Shown: piece by piece, positions 38,706-51,100 of the stretch
How the letters are laid out: each line of letters begins with the position of its first letter
Numbering within the stretch: the first letter of the stretch is position 1
Origin: Rhina ancylostomus
Lineage: Eukaryota
Assembly: GCA_030265395.1 (NCBI GenBank)
Contig: JARFYF010000029.1
Location: 20,144,700 to 20,208,699 of the forward strand
DNA length: 64,000 nucleotides
Direction of reading: 5' to 3'
Notes under the pieces: model-generated
Database searches by the model: none
Told to the model about the DNA's origin: nothing
What the model saw: the letters and a program-made list of their open reading frames with translations, nothing else
Position numbers and translations under genes: made by a program

Positions 38706-39698
38706 AAAGATGATAACAATTAAAGGTCTTTGTAAATTATGAATCTTTTAAAGAGAGCCACAATAACAGCACTCTCCTTTAACAGTTTGCAGTTTTGATG
38801 TTCAGTTTAATTCGGGGTCCCCACATTCTGGTACATTTCCAAGATCAAAATAACTCGTTCTTAATTTGTGGAAGAAGTTTGTGTCAGTCAATTTGAAGGA
38901 AAACATTACACACAAGTTTGGACTAATGGAGCACCTCAGCACATGCTCACATCTGAGCTGCCGGAAATAACTTATATTCCAAGCCTTATGAATGTGTAAG
39001 CTCTGTGCATGTTTTTAATTAAGATGTTCATGGGAGGAGGAGGAGGGAAAAGTGAGGAGGAGTCTGTGCAGTCAGATTCAGCAGACCTCAAACATTAAAA
39101 AGCAACATCAACTTCTTCTCAACTTGAAAGTTCAGAGCATAATAATTGTTGCTGTTAGGAAATTTAAATTGGGTTCTATTCCACTTGGCTGTTGATCTGA
39201 GTCATTCTAAAAGAATTTGCAACATTACTTTGTAGGGAGGAAGGAAGTCAAAAGAAAAGATCACTGCTGGGTGGACCCTAGTACCATTAGGTTGTCACAA
39301 ATAAGAATGTCTTGATCAGACAGATTGCAAATTAGTCAATACTTATGGGAAGGAAAATCTAACTGTTTTATGATGTTGTATAAACAATCCTAATGAAGAG
39401 AATCTCTGATCTTTCCTGCCCTGATACTCTACTGCGCAAGCCAGCGCTACACACATTTTGGAAGGAAAGGAGCTGAAGGCAATGAATACTGGGGATCTGG
39501 GTGGTTCAGTCGATCAGACATTGGCTTTTAATCTCTGTGGCCTGATAGGATCAAAATGTCTGGTGGTTATGAGGGACTTCAATGCAATGCGTCAGAATGA
39601 TCTCACATCACAAAATCTGTAATTTTGTATTATGTAACACTGGATTTTTCAATCTCCCTTAGAAAGCCACAATATATGAAATATATTGTGAATATATT

Positions 39699-39702
<4 letters not shown>

Positions 39703-39780
<78 letters not shown>
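39703..39780. repeat. (CA)n(TA)n compound microsatellite beside a gap
   Basis: Seen directly. Confidence 0.95.
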
Positions 39781-40279
39781 NNNNNNNNNNNNNNNNNNNN
39801 NNNNNNNNNNNNNNNNNNNNNNNNNNNNNNNNNNNNNNNNNNNNNNNNNNNNNNNNNNNNNNNNNNNNNNNNNNNNNNNNAATAGACAATGTAGGAGGCA
39901 CCATCTTGAAGATATAGTCAAAGGTACAGAAAAATAATGAGAACATTACTGTATTACCATACATACCAATTTAAATCTTTACCTCCTTATTATAAGCACT
40001 CAGATTTCACTGAACTTATACAACTAAGACCAAGAGCTTCTTATGTGGAGCATCACCAAAATTGCTAAACTCAACATGAAAGTTGCCTGATCTTGGAGAA
40101 AAATTATTTCAAGTAGTTGTTACTACATTATTTCAATGAGCTATCAAAGAACAATATAGCACCCCATCCAAGAGTAGTCTATGGGCTTTCTGTGGAAAGT
40201 ATGTTGGGCACAGAGAATAGCAGGCGGACTCCAGTGAGAATAAGCGAACACTTGTTCCTGAACATGTACTTGGTATTGG

Positions 40280-40520
40280 GTGGCACAGTGGTGCAGCAGT
40301 AAATGTTGCTGCCTCACAGCTCTGGCCATCCGGCATCAATGATGACCTCACATGATGTCTGTGTGGAGTTTACACCTTCCGTAGCAAAAGGGGAATTAGT
40401 GGGCACAGGAGAGAGAATAAGTTGCAGGACTGTAGGGAAATAAGAGGGTTAGCAGACTGACAGGATTGCTCTGCTGGGAGCCAGCATAGACACACTGGGA
40501 TGAATGGTCTTCTTCTGTGA
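40280..40520 (+). mobile_element. V-SINE/HE1-like SINE (internally deleted)
   Basis: tRNA-like head ggcacagtggtgcagcagta...gctgcctcacagctc, V-domain start gtctgtgtggagttt, and CR1-like tail gaatggtcttcttctgtg. Confidence 0.7.
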
Positions 40521-41514
40521 ATAAGACCATTCAGCCATAAGTGAACACTAAATAAGAGTATAAAATATCCATTACTCCTGTGTTAGCATTGAGGAACGGT
40601 TTAGAAGAATAGAATGGAAATAAAGTCCATCGCTCCGACGGGCTACTTGGCAAGTCAGAGTGAAAATATTCTTAGGCACTGGATATTAAAAATGCTCTTT
40701 TTTTCTCTGTAAAATGTGGAAGAGCAAGGAAGGAAAAGCAAAACACATCATTTGACCAGAAAACTCATTCAAGATGAAAGGGAAGGGACAACATGCACTG
40801 GATTTCTATTCATCATGAATTCGATTTGACAGAGTTTTGTGTTTGGATAAGATACAAATGTATTCAGCACCTATAGAACATATGTTTCTCCTCCATCTCC
40901 TGTTTTGGCTCAGTGTCAATTCTTGTTAGACAGCATCCTAATTTAGGACATTATACTCCATTACAGGGGCTAAATAAATGCAGGCTGCTCTTTATGAACT
41001 TGCACTGTGATAGGCAGATGTTTGTGAAGGTATTGGCAGAAATAAGCTGACTAATTGAGGCCTTTCCTTTGGAATATTGTGTTACCTGGGATTTCCTTTC
41101 TGCAAAGTCTTCATACCATGTGCTGTCCTTTAACCTTGAATAAATATAGCAAATGTATAACCTACAGCTGAACAAATCTCAATGGAGAGTGTCAGCAACT
41201 CTTTAAAAAGTACCAGTTCAGTGCTGTTAAGATTTGACAAGTACTGACCTTTGGATTATTTGGAAAAAAAGAATTCTGTCTTGGGAGAGGTAATGCTACA
41301 ATAAGATTGTGTTTAATTGTACTATATATGACCTAGGAGAGCTGCTTGTACACTATAAATAATACTTCTGCATGCTGGTAAACATGAAATCTACAATTTA
41401 AGGAATGATTTTACGTGGCTTTCTTCCTGATGTGATACATTGAGTTGCTTGAAAGGGAATGAGCAGTTTTTCTCTTTCCCTGTTGCCTCCACACAGTTTT
41501 CCTAAAACATAGAA

Positions 41515-41650
41515 AAGTGAAAACTGCAGACACTCGAAATCTAAAATAAAAACAAGAAATGCTGATACTCAGCAGGTCAGGTAGCATCTGTGGAAAGAGA
41601 AACAGTTAATGTTTTGAATCAATGAACTTCATCCAGAACTAAGAGATGTA
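41515..41650 (-). mobile_element. Short PLE-derived repeat with degenerate hammerhead
   Basis: ctcagcaggtcaggtagcatctgtggaaagagaaacagttaatgttt...cttcatccagaact. Confidence 0.7.
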
Positions 41651-43379
41651 CTAATACCATCTCTACCACAGCTCCGCTGTAACTTTAGTAGACGATTGTA
41701 AAAACCACAGAGAAGCTATTTCCACTGATTTCCCATAGAAATTACAGTGGGAGAGGAATTCTCATAAAAATAACTGGTAATGGTGAGATGACTAAGAGAC
41801 TTGTATGAGCAATATTTGATGTAATAATTAAGAATTATTGGAGAATTCATCATCACAAAATATTTAAACAGTCTAATGTCTGTAGATTGACTGTATTCAG
41901 ACAAAAGCTGAACTGATGATGGACATATGCTAGTGATGAAGTCGGCTGGTTTCGTCAGTGGAACAACAAATAACTTTAGACAGACAGTGGGCATACAGAC
42001 ATTACAAGAAGGAAAACTATCTTTGTAGATGTTCTTGGAAAAGAATGTCTTTATTTCCTTTGACTTTTGTTATCTGATGGCTCTGCATAAAAAAATGTTT
42101 ATGGAGAATTCAGTAAGCTGTGTCCTGATGTGACTTACAGTAAACATCAAAGAGATTACAGCATGCAACATCTGTTCTCTCTCTCCCAGGGCTGCCTTCT
42201 TTTTTAATTTACATTCCGTTTATGGCAACAGAGCAGGGAGTTAGATTGTGTCTGCTTCATCCACACAATTTGGGGCCCGGGTGATTCAGACGGGCATCAG
42301 AAACTGTTAACCAAAGAAGTCCCTATCTTGAGATCAGTTTAATTTACTGAGAACAGCAAACTAACATTGAAGAGAAAGGATCTTGCCAGTCTTTCACTTG
42401 TTAACATTCCTTTCAGAAATAGGTAATATTATGTGTATTGATGAACGAGACAGCAAAGGTATCTTTCCCCTTAGTCATTGAAAGAAATGTAAAATGGAAG
42501 TGAATAAAACATTTCAGTCACCTCTGAGAGACTTACAATTCAGTGTGAAATTTTAACAATATGATTGGTCTTTTTTGCCAAGTAACCCCGTTGGCACTTT
42601 TATTGTGTGGTGTCCCCGTCCTTCTACTATTGGAGATTTAAAAAAAAATCAGAATTATTTTGTGTTTCCTTTCTGTCCCTTTTGTCTCTTCCTCTTTTTT
42701 ATCACTCCTTCTCATAATCCTTTACCTCATTTATCATTTTTCTTCAAATTAACTACACTAATTTTCCCTTTGTTCAGACTGTGTGACTGATTAAGAACTC
42801 TTCAATATGTTTGGCTAAAGAGTTACCGAGTTGCTCACCCTGTTCATAGTATGAAGAAGGGGCTCTTGTCTTAATCACCAAGACCCCAAATCATGTGGAT
42901 AGAACAGACTCAACCCAACTATAAACAGCGTGTAAATTATACAAATCTGCAGTGTCAGGTGTCACTCTTCTTGGAATTTTCAATCATTTCAAGTTCTAAT
43001 GTAAAAGCCTAGAGAAGGTCTGTGGACTGGTACAAAAATTATAAATGGCTGATTCCTCTTTGCAAAATCTGGCCAATATCTGTTTCTTAAATTAAATGAA
43101 GAAATGTGGCCTACGCTAACATGGCCACCTCTTATTGATCATTCCTAGTGCCACTGGTGAATCTTCATCTCGATCCACTGCTGCTCTATACAATTTGTGC
43201 TTAATGACATCGTAGAAGCACTAATTGTATAGAACAGCAGTGGAGAATTCCAGGATATGGGTGAAGTAACAATGAGGAATATTCCAGATCAAGTTGCACT
43301 GAAGCTCCTGTGACATTCTTGCTTTTTTTTCCCCTAGAGATATAAGGGATTTTTAATGGAAACCATCCTGCTGGATAGT

Positions 43380-43620
43380 GGTAAAAATTGAGGCTAAGGT
43401 TTCCTCACTGTGACAAAATCATACCCAGAGAGCTGTATAGGCTCAGTCTCTGAGTATATTCAAGACACAGAGTGGTAGCTTTTTGGTCATTAAGAGAATT
43501 AAATGATATGAGATTCGATATGGGGAAAGTGGCACTGAGGTAAGGATCATCCACAATTGAACTGAATGGAGGTGGGTACAGAGGGGCATATAGCTGGTTT
43601 GTTGCAGCATCTCTGCATTT
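43380..43620 (+). mobile_element. Degenerate CR1-type 3' fragment
   Basis: gctcagtctctgagtatattcaagacacagagtggtag...tgaatgg, homologous to 53380-53550. Confidence 0.55.
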
Positions 43621-43719
43621 CTTAAGAGTGGAAAATGCATTATTCAATGAGAATCTCCACTCTGTAGCTGTGAACAGTGGTGCACAGATCACTGTGACAA
43701 ATCTTGTGAGGATATAAGA

Positions 43720-45175
43720 TTTAGAACATAGAACAGTAGAGCAGAAGAACGGGCTCTTGGGCTCATGATGTTTGTGCTGACTACAATGCCTGTCTCCTCT
43801 AATCCCATATGTCTGCATTAGGCTCATATTCCTCTACTCCTTTCCTATCCAAGTACTTGTCCAAATGCCTTTTAAACATTATAATGTTATCTATCTTTGT
43901 CACCTACTCTGGCAGCTCATTTCAAGTAACAACCACCCTCTGGCTGAACCTGCCCCTCAGATCGCCTTTAATTTTCTCTTCTCATCTTAAACCAATGCCC
44001 TCTAGTTTTAGACACATCCACCCTAGGAAAAAGACTCCAATTATCTACCCTTCTGTCTACTTCTATCAGGTCGCCCCTCAGCCTCTGATGCTCCAGAGAA
44101 AATAATGTAAGTTTGTTCAATCTCTCTTAGCTAATACTCTCTAATTCAGGCAACATCCTGGTGAAACACTTCTGCATCCTCTTCAAAGGCTCAACATCCT
44201 TCCTGTGGCCAGAACTGCACAAAATAATCCAAATGTGGCCTAACCAAAATTTTATACAGCTGCAACATGACTTCTTGACATTTATGTTCATTGCCCTGAT
44301 TGATGAAGGCACGTATGCTGTACACTTTCTTTACCACCCTATCTACTTGTGTTGCCACTCTCAGGGAGCTATGGACGTGCCCCAAGATCCCTTTGTACAT
44401 CAGTGCTCCTTACGATCCTGCCATTAATTGTATACTTTTCCCTTGCATTTGACTTTCCAAAGTGCAAGATTTCACTTGTAAGGCCCAACCATCCCTGAAC
44501 AAAGCAACGCTGATTATCCCCAATACGTCCATACTTTTCCAGATGTGAGTAAATTCTATCCTTAAGAATCTTCACCAATACTTTCCCTATGACTGATGTA
44601 AGGCTCACTGGCCTATAGTTCTCCATTGCTCTTCCTAAACAAAGGAACAACACTGATTATCCTCCAGTCCTCTGGGTTCTCACCTGTGGTTAAAGAGGAT
44701 ACAAAGATCTCTGTCAAGGCCCCAGCAATCTCCTCTTTTGCCTCTCTCAATAATCAAGGATAAATCCCTTGCTCTGGAGACTTATCCACCTTAATATTCT
44801 TCCAAAGACCCAACTGCTCCTCCTCCTTGATATCAACATAGCCTAGAATATCAGCATACCCCTCCTTGATCTCACCATCCTGGTTGGACTATCAACATAT
44901 TGTTTTCAAGAAATCTTCCTGGATGCACCTAATAAATTCTGCCCTATCTAAGCCTCTGGCATGAAAAAAGTCCCAGTTAATATTGGGGAAATTAAAGTCA
45001 CCCTCTACAACAACATTGTTGCTTTCACATCTTTCCATAATATGCCTACATGTCTGTTTCTCTATCTACCACAGTCTATTGGGAGGTCTATAGTATAACC
45101 ACTTTGCACCCTTCTAATTCCTGAGCCCAACCCATACTGTCTCACTGCATGAGCCATCCAGAATGTTCTCACTAA
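43720..45175 (-). mobile_element. CR1/HER1-type LINE ORF2 remnant with internal deletions
   Basis: APE motif GDFNFPNINWD (about 44970-45002), RT start NYRPVSLTSVIGK, C-terminal LYKILVRPHLDY and FTRMLP, plus the 3' tail. Confidence 0.9.
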
Positions 45176-46163
45176 ATGCACATTGGTCTGATGTGTGGGG
45201 ATTCTTACTCCAAGAGGCAATTCTATTTCACCTTACACCAAGCCCTTCTTGTGGTGGACCTGAAGGGTAACCTGCCACCTAGCGTTCAGGATCTTTCTTC
45301 TGGCATGTATCCTTTTGACCAGGACTTGCATTTCTTTCTGGGTGAATGTAGGAGCTCTCTTCTCCTGCCCTGCAGTCTTTGTCTTCTCCATGGCAGAGAT
45401 CATGCAATGCTGTTATTGTCTGGCGGGTGTGGGGATTGAAGAGGTTGCCACCCTTCACTGGTTGCTGCACAGCAAATTGTTGGGAGCTGTCCCAAATTAA
45501 GTGAGGTGCCCTTGAATATCATGGAGGTCACCTTGTGGGTCTTGTAAACCACCCTACCATCATTTCACAATGTGCTTTGAGAAGCTTCATGATACTTTAG
45601 GGGGGACCCCAACTTCATGTTACCATTAAATGCAATCAGGTTTAAGCGCACCAAAAATAGGTGGAATCCAATTGTGAGGCAAAGGATTGTCTCCGAATAT
45701 TTTAACTTCATGTTTGTTCATGATTCCCTGTATATGCTGGTACCCATAGGAATTGGATTTTCAGAACCTTTTATGCAGTTTCTGCCCTTTTGTACAGCAG
45801 TGCTCTCTGTATTTGGGAATATTAGCTGAAATCACCCTCTCAAGTTAAGATGTTCCAGTCTGGGTGAAATAAAATAAGGATATCTTTAACATTACCTCGA
45901 GTTTCAGCTCCCATGCTTGAGAAAGTTGCAGGGAATGTGGAATGCATCAGCAGTGGTGTAGTACCTTCGGTAGAAGATTTGGCAACAAAACATGGGTTAG
46001 CTTTTTACGTATGAATCACTGCACTTTCCCGTGGGCCAAACCGTAGCCAGCACCATGGAAATATGGACTATTAATAACACAGGAGATGTTGTTGGAAGGG
46101 AAATGTCAAGTTAATAAGCAGCAGTTTTCAAGATTTAGAATACATTTGTAAACACTGCAGCCA

Positions 46164-46358
46164 GTGGAATCACTGACTGTCCTGAAGGGGTCCCATTATA
46201 TCCTGTCCCATTGAATCACTGATTGCTCTGAGGGGTCATGTTCTCTCCTGTCCCATGGAATCTCAGACTGTCTTGAGAGGGGTCACATCATGTACTGTCC
46301 TGTGGAATCTCTGACTGCCCTGAGGAGTCACATTATAATCCTGACCCAAGGAACTCAC
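46164..46358. repeat. Minisatellite: 4 copies plus a partial copy of a 45-47 bp unit
   Basis: Units start at 46164, 46210, 46255 and 46302; consensus about RTGGAATCWCTGACTGYCCTGAGGGGTCAC...TCCTGTCCC. Confidence 0.9.
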
Positions 46359-47269
46359 ATTGTACATTAACCATCGTAGATGGTGCTACATTTCTGAAAT
46401 GTTTAGAAATCTGAATCATGAGCAGCCAATTTTAGGTGCAAAATGCACATCTAATGACATCACTGGTTGTGCTCTGCATATTTCCTCCCATACTGACATA
46501 GGTTGCATATGAAAACTCTAATTTATGACTTTTATTGACCGTTCAGAGTAAAGCTTGGAACATGTGGTGCTACCATACTGCACATATGGCTATTTAAAGG
46601 GATACTTTGCTGACATTGGGATATCTGACTGGGCAGCTTCAGAACTGAAAGTAGGCTGCTCAGACCTTACCCAACTCTATGGTATGCTTAAACTAACAGG
46701 TTGTATTTTTGTTTTCTGCATTTGGCTGCTGAGATACATATTTAGTGGGTGTCTGGCAGTACGCCATCAGTGGTCATGCAAAGCCTTGCAGGAAGGGTCT
46801 ATCCCAGAGAGACTGCAGAAACACCACATCCTACCTGAAGAATGTATCTGAAGGCTCAGGCTTTCCAAGGCTGCCATTGCATAAATACATGATGTTCTGC
46901 AGGAAGACTGTATTATCGTCATATGGTTANNNNNNNNNNNNNNNNNNNNNNNNNNNNNNNNNNNNNNNNNNNNNNNNNNNNNNNNNNNNNNNNNNNNNNN
47001 NNNNNNNNNNNNNNNNNNNNNNNNNNNNNNNNNNNNNNNNNNNNNNNNNNNNNNNNNNNNNNNNNNNNNNNNNNNNNNNNNNNNNNNNNNNNNNNNNNNN
47101 NNNNNNNNNNNNNNNNNNNNNNNNNNNNNNNNNNNNNNNNNNNNNNNNNNNNNNNGTCTCACACCTGAGGGGGGATGGGTGGAGCTGCACCTTGATTGAC
47201 AGGAGTACCACTTCCGATCTGAGGAGCAATGCCATCCTCCAATCAGCAGGGGTCATTTCTCACAATACC

Positions 47270-47920
47270 TCCTGACATCCCAAAGCCTTTTTGCCATTAA
47301 CAAGGTAAATCAGGGTTATAATGGAATACTGAGACAGAATTCACTTCAGATGCTGGAATCTGGAGCAAAAAACAAACTGCTGGAGGAGCTCAACAGGTCA
47401 GGCAGCATCTGCAGTGGCAAAGAGCTAGTCAATATTTTGGGTCAAGACTGAGAGAATACAGTGATGGAATACTCACCACTTGCCTGGATGTGTGCAGCTT
47501 CAGTAACACTGAAAGCTCAACACCATTCAGGACAAAACAACCTATTAGTACACTGAATATTCATTCTCCCCGACACTGGTGCATAGTGGCTGCTGTACGT
47601 ACCAGTTACAAAAGGCACTGCAGTTACTTGCCCAAGCACCTCTAATAATAACTCCCAAACCCACAACCTCTGCTACCAAGGCTTCAGGTGCATGGGAACA
47701 CTAAGTCACCACTTGGAAATATATTGCTGTTTCTTCATTGTCACTGGATTTAAAACCTGGAATTCCCTCCTCAACAGCACTGTGGCAGTAAGTACCTTTA
47801 TCTGAAGGACTGCAGCAGTTCAAGGAGGTAGCTCATTGCCACCTTCTCAAGAATTGTCAGGGATAAGTAATATATGCTAGCCTTGCCAGTGATGGCCACA
47901 CTCTGAAACATGAATAAAAA
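47270..47920 (+). mobile_element. LINE 3' RT fragment and tail, interrupted by a PLE-derived repeat
   Basis: Encodes MEYSPLAWM..AS..L..L.TIQDK-like RT C-terminal sequence and ends catgaataaaaaa. Confidence 0.7.
47331..47463 (-). mobile_element. Short PLE-derived repeat nested in a LINE
   Basis: cagatgctggaatctggagc...gctggaggagctcaacaggtcaggcagcatc, flanked by the 10-bp duplication atggaatact (47321-47330, 47464-47473). Confidence 0.75.
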
Positions 47921-47971
47921 AGGAAACTCCAACAAGATATCAAACTAAAAAAAAGGGGTATAATTATGCTA

Positions 47972-48137
47972 CAACACACACAAAATGCTGGAGGAATGCA
48001 GCAGTTCAGGCAACATCTATGGAGAGAAATAAACAGTCGATGTTTATTTCTCTCCATAGATGCTGCTTGACCTGCTGAGTTCCTCATACTTTGAGTACAT
48101 TGTTCCAGATTCCAGCATCTACAGAATCTCTTGTGTC
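47972..48137. mobile_element. Fold-back (palindromic) PLE-derived insertion
   Basis: Perfect 22-bp stem 48014-48035/48041-48062 with imperfect extension; perfect 13-bp duplication tataattatgcta (47959-47971, 48138-48150). Confidence 0.85.
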
Positions 48138-48329
48138 TATAATTATGCTATGCAAATTGACTGCAAAGTCATGAAATTGCCCACAGAGATCTTAGTAATT
48201 AGGGATGATCTACTGCATAAGACTTAGAAGTGTAAAATGAGAAGAATCAGGAAATAAAATGAAGATAAAAGCTGCATTCATAATAGCAGATCATGAGGTT
48301 CTAAATGATGTGCTGTTTTTCTATTTCAG

Positions 48330-48392
48330 CTCACAATTCCCAAATTCCCTGTGGTTGTAAAGATGGGCCACGCTCATGCAGGTATGGGTAAG
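48330..48392 (+). CDS. SYN3: Synapsin III exon, LTIPKFPVVVKMGHAHAGMGK
   Basis: tttcag acceptor and gtaagt donor, 63 bp. Contains the ATP-grasp motif FPVVVKxGHAHxGMGK. Confidence 0.96.
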
Positions 48393-48444
48393 GTAAGTGG
48401 TATCAAAGCAAAAGCAGCCTTGGACACTGTTCACCCCAGCTACT

Positions 48445-48990
48445 CAATACAAGAATATAGGAGCAGGATTCGGCCACTGGACCCCCTAAGTTTGTCCTGC
48501 CATTTAATGTTATCATGGCTAATCTACCCCAGCACTCGATTCCTCTTCTTTGTCTGTTTCATATAGCCCTCAGTTCCCCGATCTTCCAAAAATGTATCTA
48601 TCTCCACTTTAAAGTGAACATGCCTCTACAACCCTCCTGGGTTGAAAATTTCAGAGATTCTATGAGAAGAAATTCCTACAGCCCTCAGCTTTAAATGACT
48701 TCCCCCTTATCTTGTAAGTATGTCCTGTCATTTGAGACTCACCTTTGGGAACATCTCAATGTTTATCCTGTTGTGCCCCCTTAGAATCTTATATATTTCA
48801 ATAAGAACACCCTTTCTTCTTCTAAACTCTAAGCAATAACAGGTGAAACTTTTTTGGCCGGTCATGACAGGACAATCCTCTCATCCCAGGAATTAGCCGA
48901 GTGAATCTCTTCTGGATTGCCTACGATCAAATGAGAGGACCAAAACTGTGCACAGTATTTATGGCGTGGCTTTACCAATATCTGTACAAT
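48445..48990 (-). mobile_element. CR1-type LINE 3' fragment
   Basis: aagaatataggagcagga...gagaagaaattcct...gaccaaaactgtgcacagta. Confidence 0.75.
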
Positions 48991-49114
48991 TGAAACCAGG
49001 AACCAATAAAGCACTTCTATTTATAAACTAAATAGAAATTCATTACTCACTTTAATCCTTGGTCTCCATCACTTCTTTATCATTCTGGTGTGTCCTAATG
49101 GGTGCACTAGAATT

Positions 49115-49300
49115 TCAGAATGTTGTGGATCTCTGGAATTCTCTCTATCATAGGGCCATGGATACTCAGTTGTTAAGTATGTTTAAGACTGCTATGTTGG
49201 GACACTATGGAAATCAAAGATTATGGGCATAGTAGTAAGGCACGGTTGATGTAAGTTGAACCATGATCTTATTCATGGGGACCACATCCTGCTCTTGGTT
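49115..49300 (+). mobile_element. CR1-type 3' fragment
   Basis: tgtggatctctggaattctct...gtatgtttaagac...ccatgatcttatt. Confidence 0.5.
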
Positions 49301-50974
49301 CTACTCATATCCAAAATTGAAGCAAAGGAGTAATTTGAAAGAATGTTAAATATAAAGATGGAAGTTGAAGAAGATGAGGCTGAAGTAGTAAATGAGAATA
49401 CTCCGATAATAGAGATTGGCAGAAATGAGTGATATTATTGATTATACCTGAAATTTTAAAAGCTAAAGTATATTGCACATACCAAATAAATGAAAAGGGA
49501 CTGAAGATAAATGATTCCCTTCAGCTTGAGGAGTGTATGCTTTCATCAAGAGACGGTCATTGGACAAGATATAAAGTACAAAATTGGCACATCTTTACAT
49601 CAAATAGAAACAAATCCACAGTTTTGTTAAACTAACCTGCACGATGGATCAGATGGCATCAATTATTGTAATGCGTGGACTGGACTAGGAACTGGAGTGA
49701 ATACAAGTTATATAAATGAAAAAATAGTCAGCAAGTTGGAAGGATGAACACCTCTTTTTACGTGCAAATTATGCATCACCAATCTTTTCAGGGAGGTATG
49801 ACAGCCTGCAGCTGTGGCAGCAGCTGCCACACCAGTAACACTCATCTGGGACTAGTGTAAATGGGTGCTTGATGGTCAGTGCAAGATGAAGGGCATGATC
49901 CTTGCTGTATGACTCTGACTCTATTTCAGCACAGTGAAAGTTGTCATTTGCCCTAAATGAGAACAAATTTGAATGCACAAGTGTGTTTAGCGTCATTTAT
50001 TAACAAAAAAACCCTGAAAATTATTACATTTGGGTCTGAAATTTAATAGCCAAACCCATCTATCATTTCACTACTTTATATGAGGGTTTTGATGTTGGAT
50101 CACTGTGTCACAGTGTCCCTGTGTGGTTGCTGGAAGGCTGCTCCCACACAATAACCCCAGAGGAGCTCTTGCCTTTGCTGGGCTGGCCACAAGACCACTG
50201 TTCAGGAATGGTTGAAGGACAGTCTGGGATGGTGAGTGTTATATACATTGGTACCTGCTGGACATAACCATAATCACAGTTATGTACACCCTATTCTTTA
50301 AAAAAAACACAAACGGCATGAGCACCTACCCTCTACTGGATCTGCTGCAGCAAAACTTTTCCTGTGGCTCGGTGTAGAGAGTCTGCCTGAGATGGTGGGA
50401 ATGCTGCGATGAGGGTATCTATGGTCGTTCATCACTGCAATGTGGGGCTCATGGACTAGCAGCACCCACTGAGTTGACAGACTGCACAGATCCCACTGTC
50501 TCTCCCATTACCTTCCATTGGAGGGGATGAAGCTGCTGTCTCCCCATCCCTTTATTTGGATCCAGAGTTCTCCCCCACAGCCTGGAGGTTTCTCTATGTT
50601 GACAAGCTCAATGCTGGTCACTGGCTATTGAGCTTGTTACCATAGAACTGGGGAGTAAACAGCTTTGTCACCACCAAGAGGATGTGATCGACTTCAACTT
50701 GACAATAAACTCGACAGCGACTTTGATCTGGGCAGTCAGTCAGCACGTGGATCAGTCACTGCCACCCCCAGGAATGGCCTGCACTTGCCCCATCAGTTGG
50801 GGAACAAACCAGAGCCCGACAGCAGTGTGCGTCAGCACTGCTTGTCCGGTGCATGCAACACCGGCCTTGAAGGCTGCGCCACGGGCAATTCATTGCTGTC
50901 AGAGTGCTAGTGGAGGGCAGGCATTCAGGCCAGGTTCCCAGAACAGTAGCATGCAACAAAAGAGAGGACAGGAA

Positions 50975-51100
50975 ACATGAGACTGCAGGTACTGGAATCT
51001 GGAGCAACGGTCTGCTGGAAAAACTCAGCAGGTCGAGCAGCATCTGTAGAGGGAAAGGAATTGTCGACATTTCAGGTCAAAGCCTGCATCAGGGCCGGGA
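50975..51100 (-). mobile_element. Short PLE-derived repeat with degenerate hammerhead (CUGAUGC variant)
   Basis: Minus strand reads ctgatgcaggctttgacctgaaatgtcgacaattcc, the same subfamily as 4684-4785. Confidence 0.75.

Noticed and set aside
40863-40880. Partial RE1/NRSE-like ttcagcacc
   Set aside because: The right half-site (GGACAG) is absent.
46164-46358. CRISPR-like periodicity
   Set aside because: Vertebrate intron, mutually homologous variable segments and no cas genes; it is a minisatellite.
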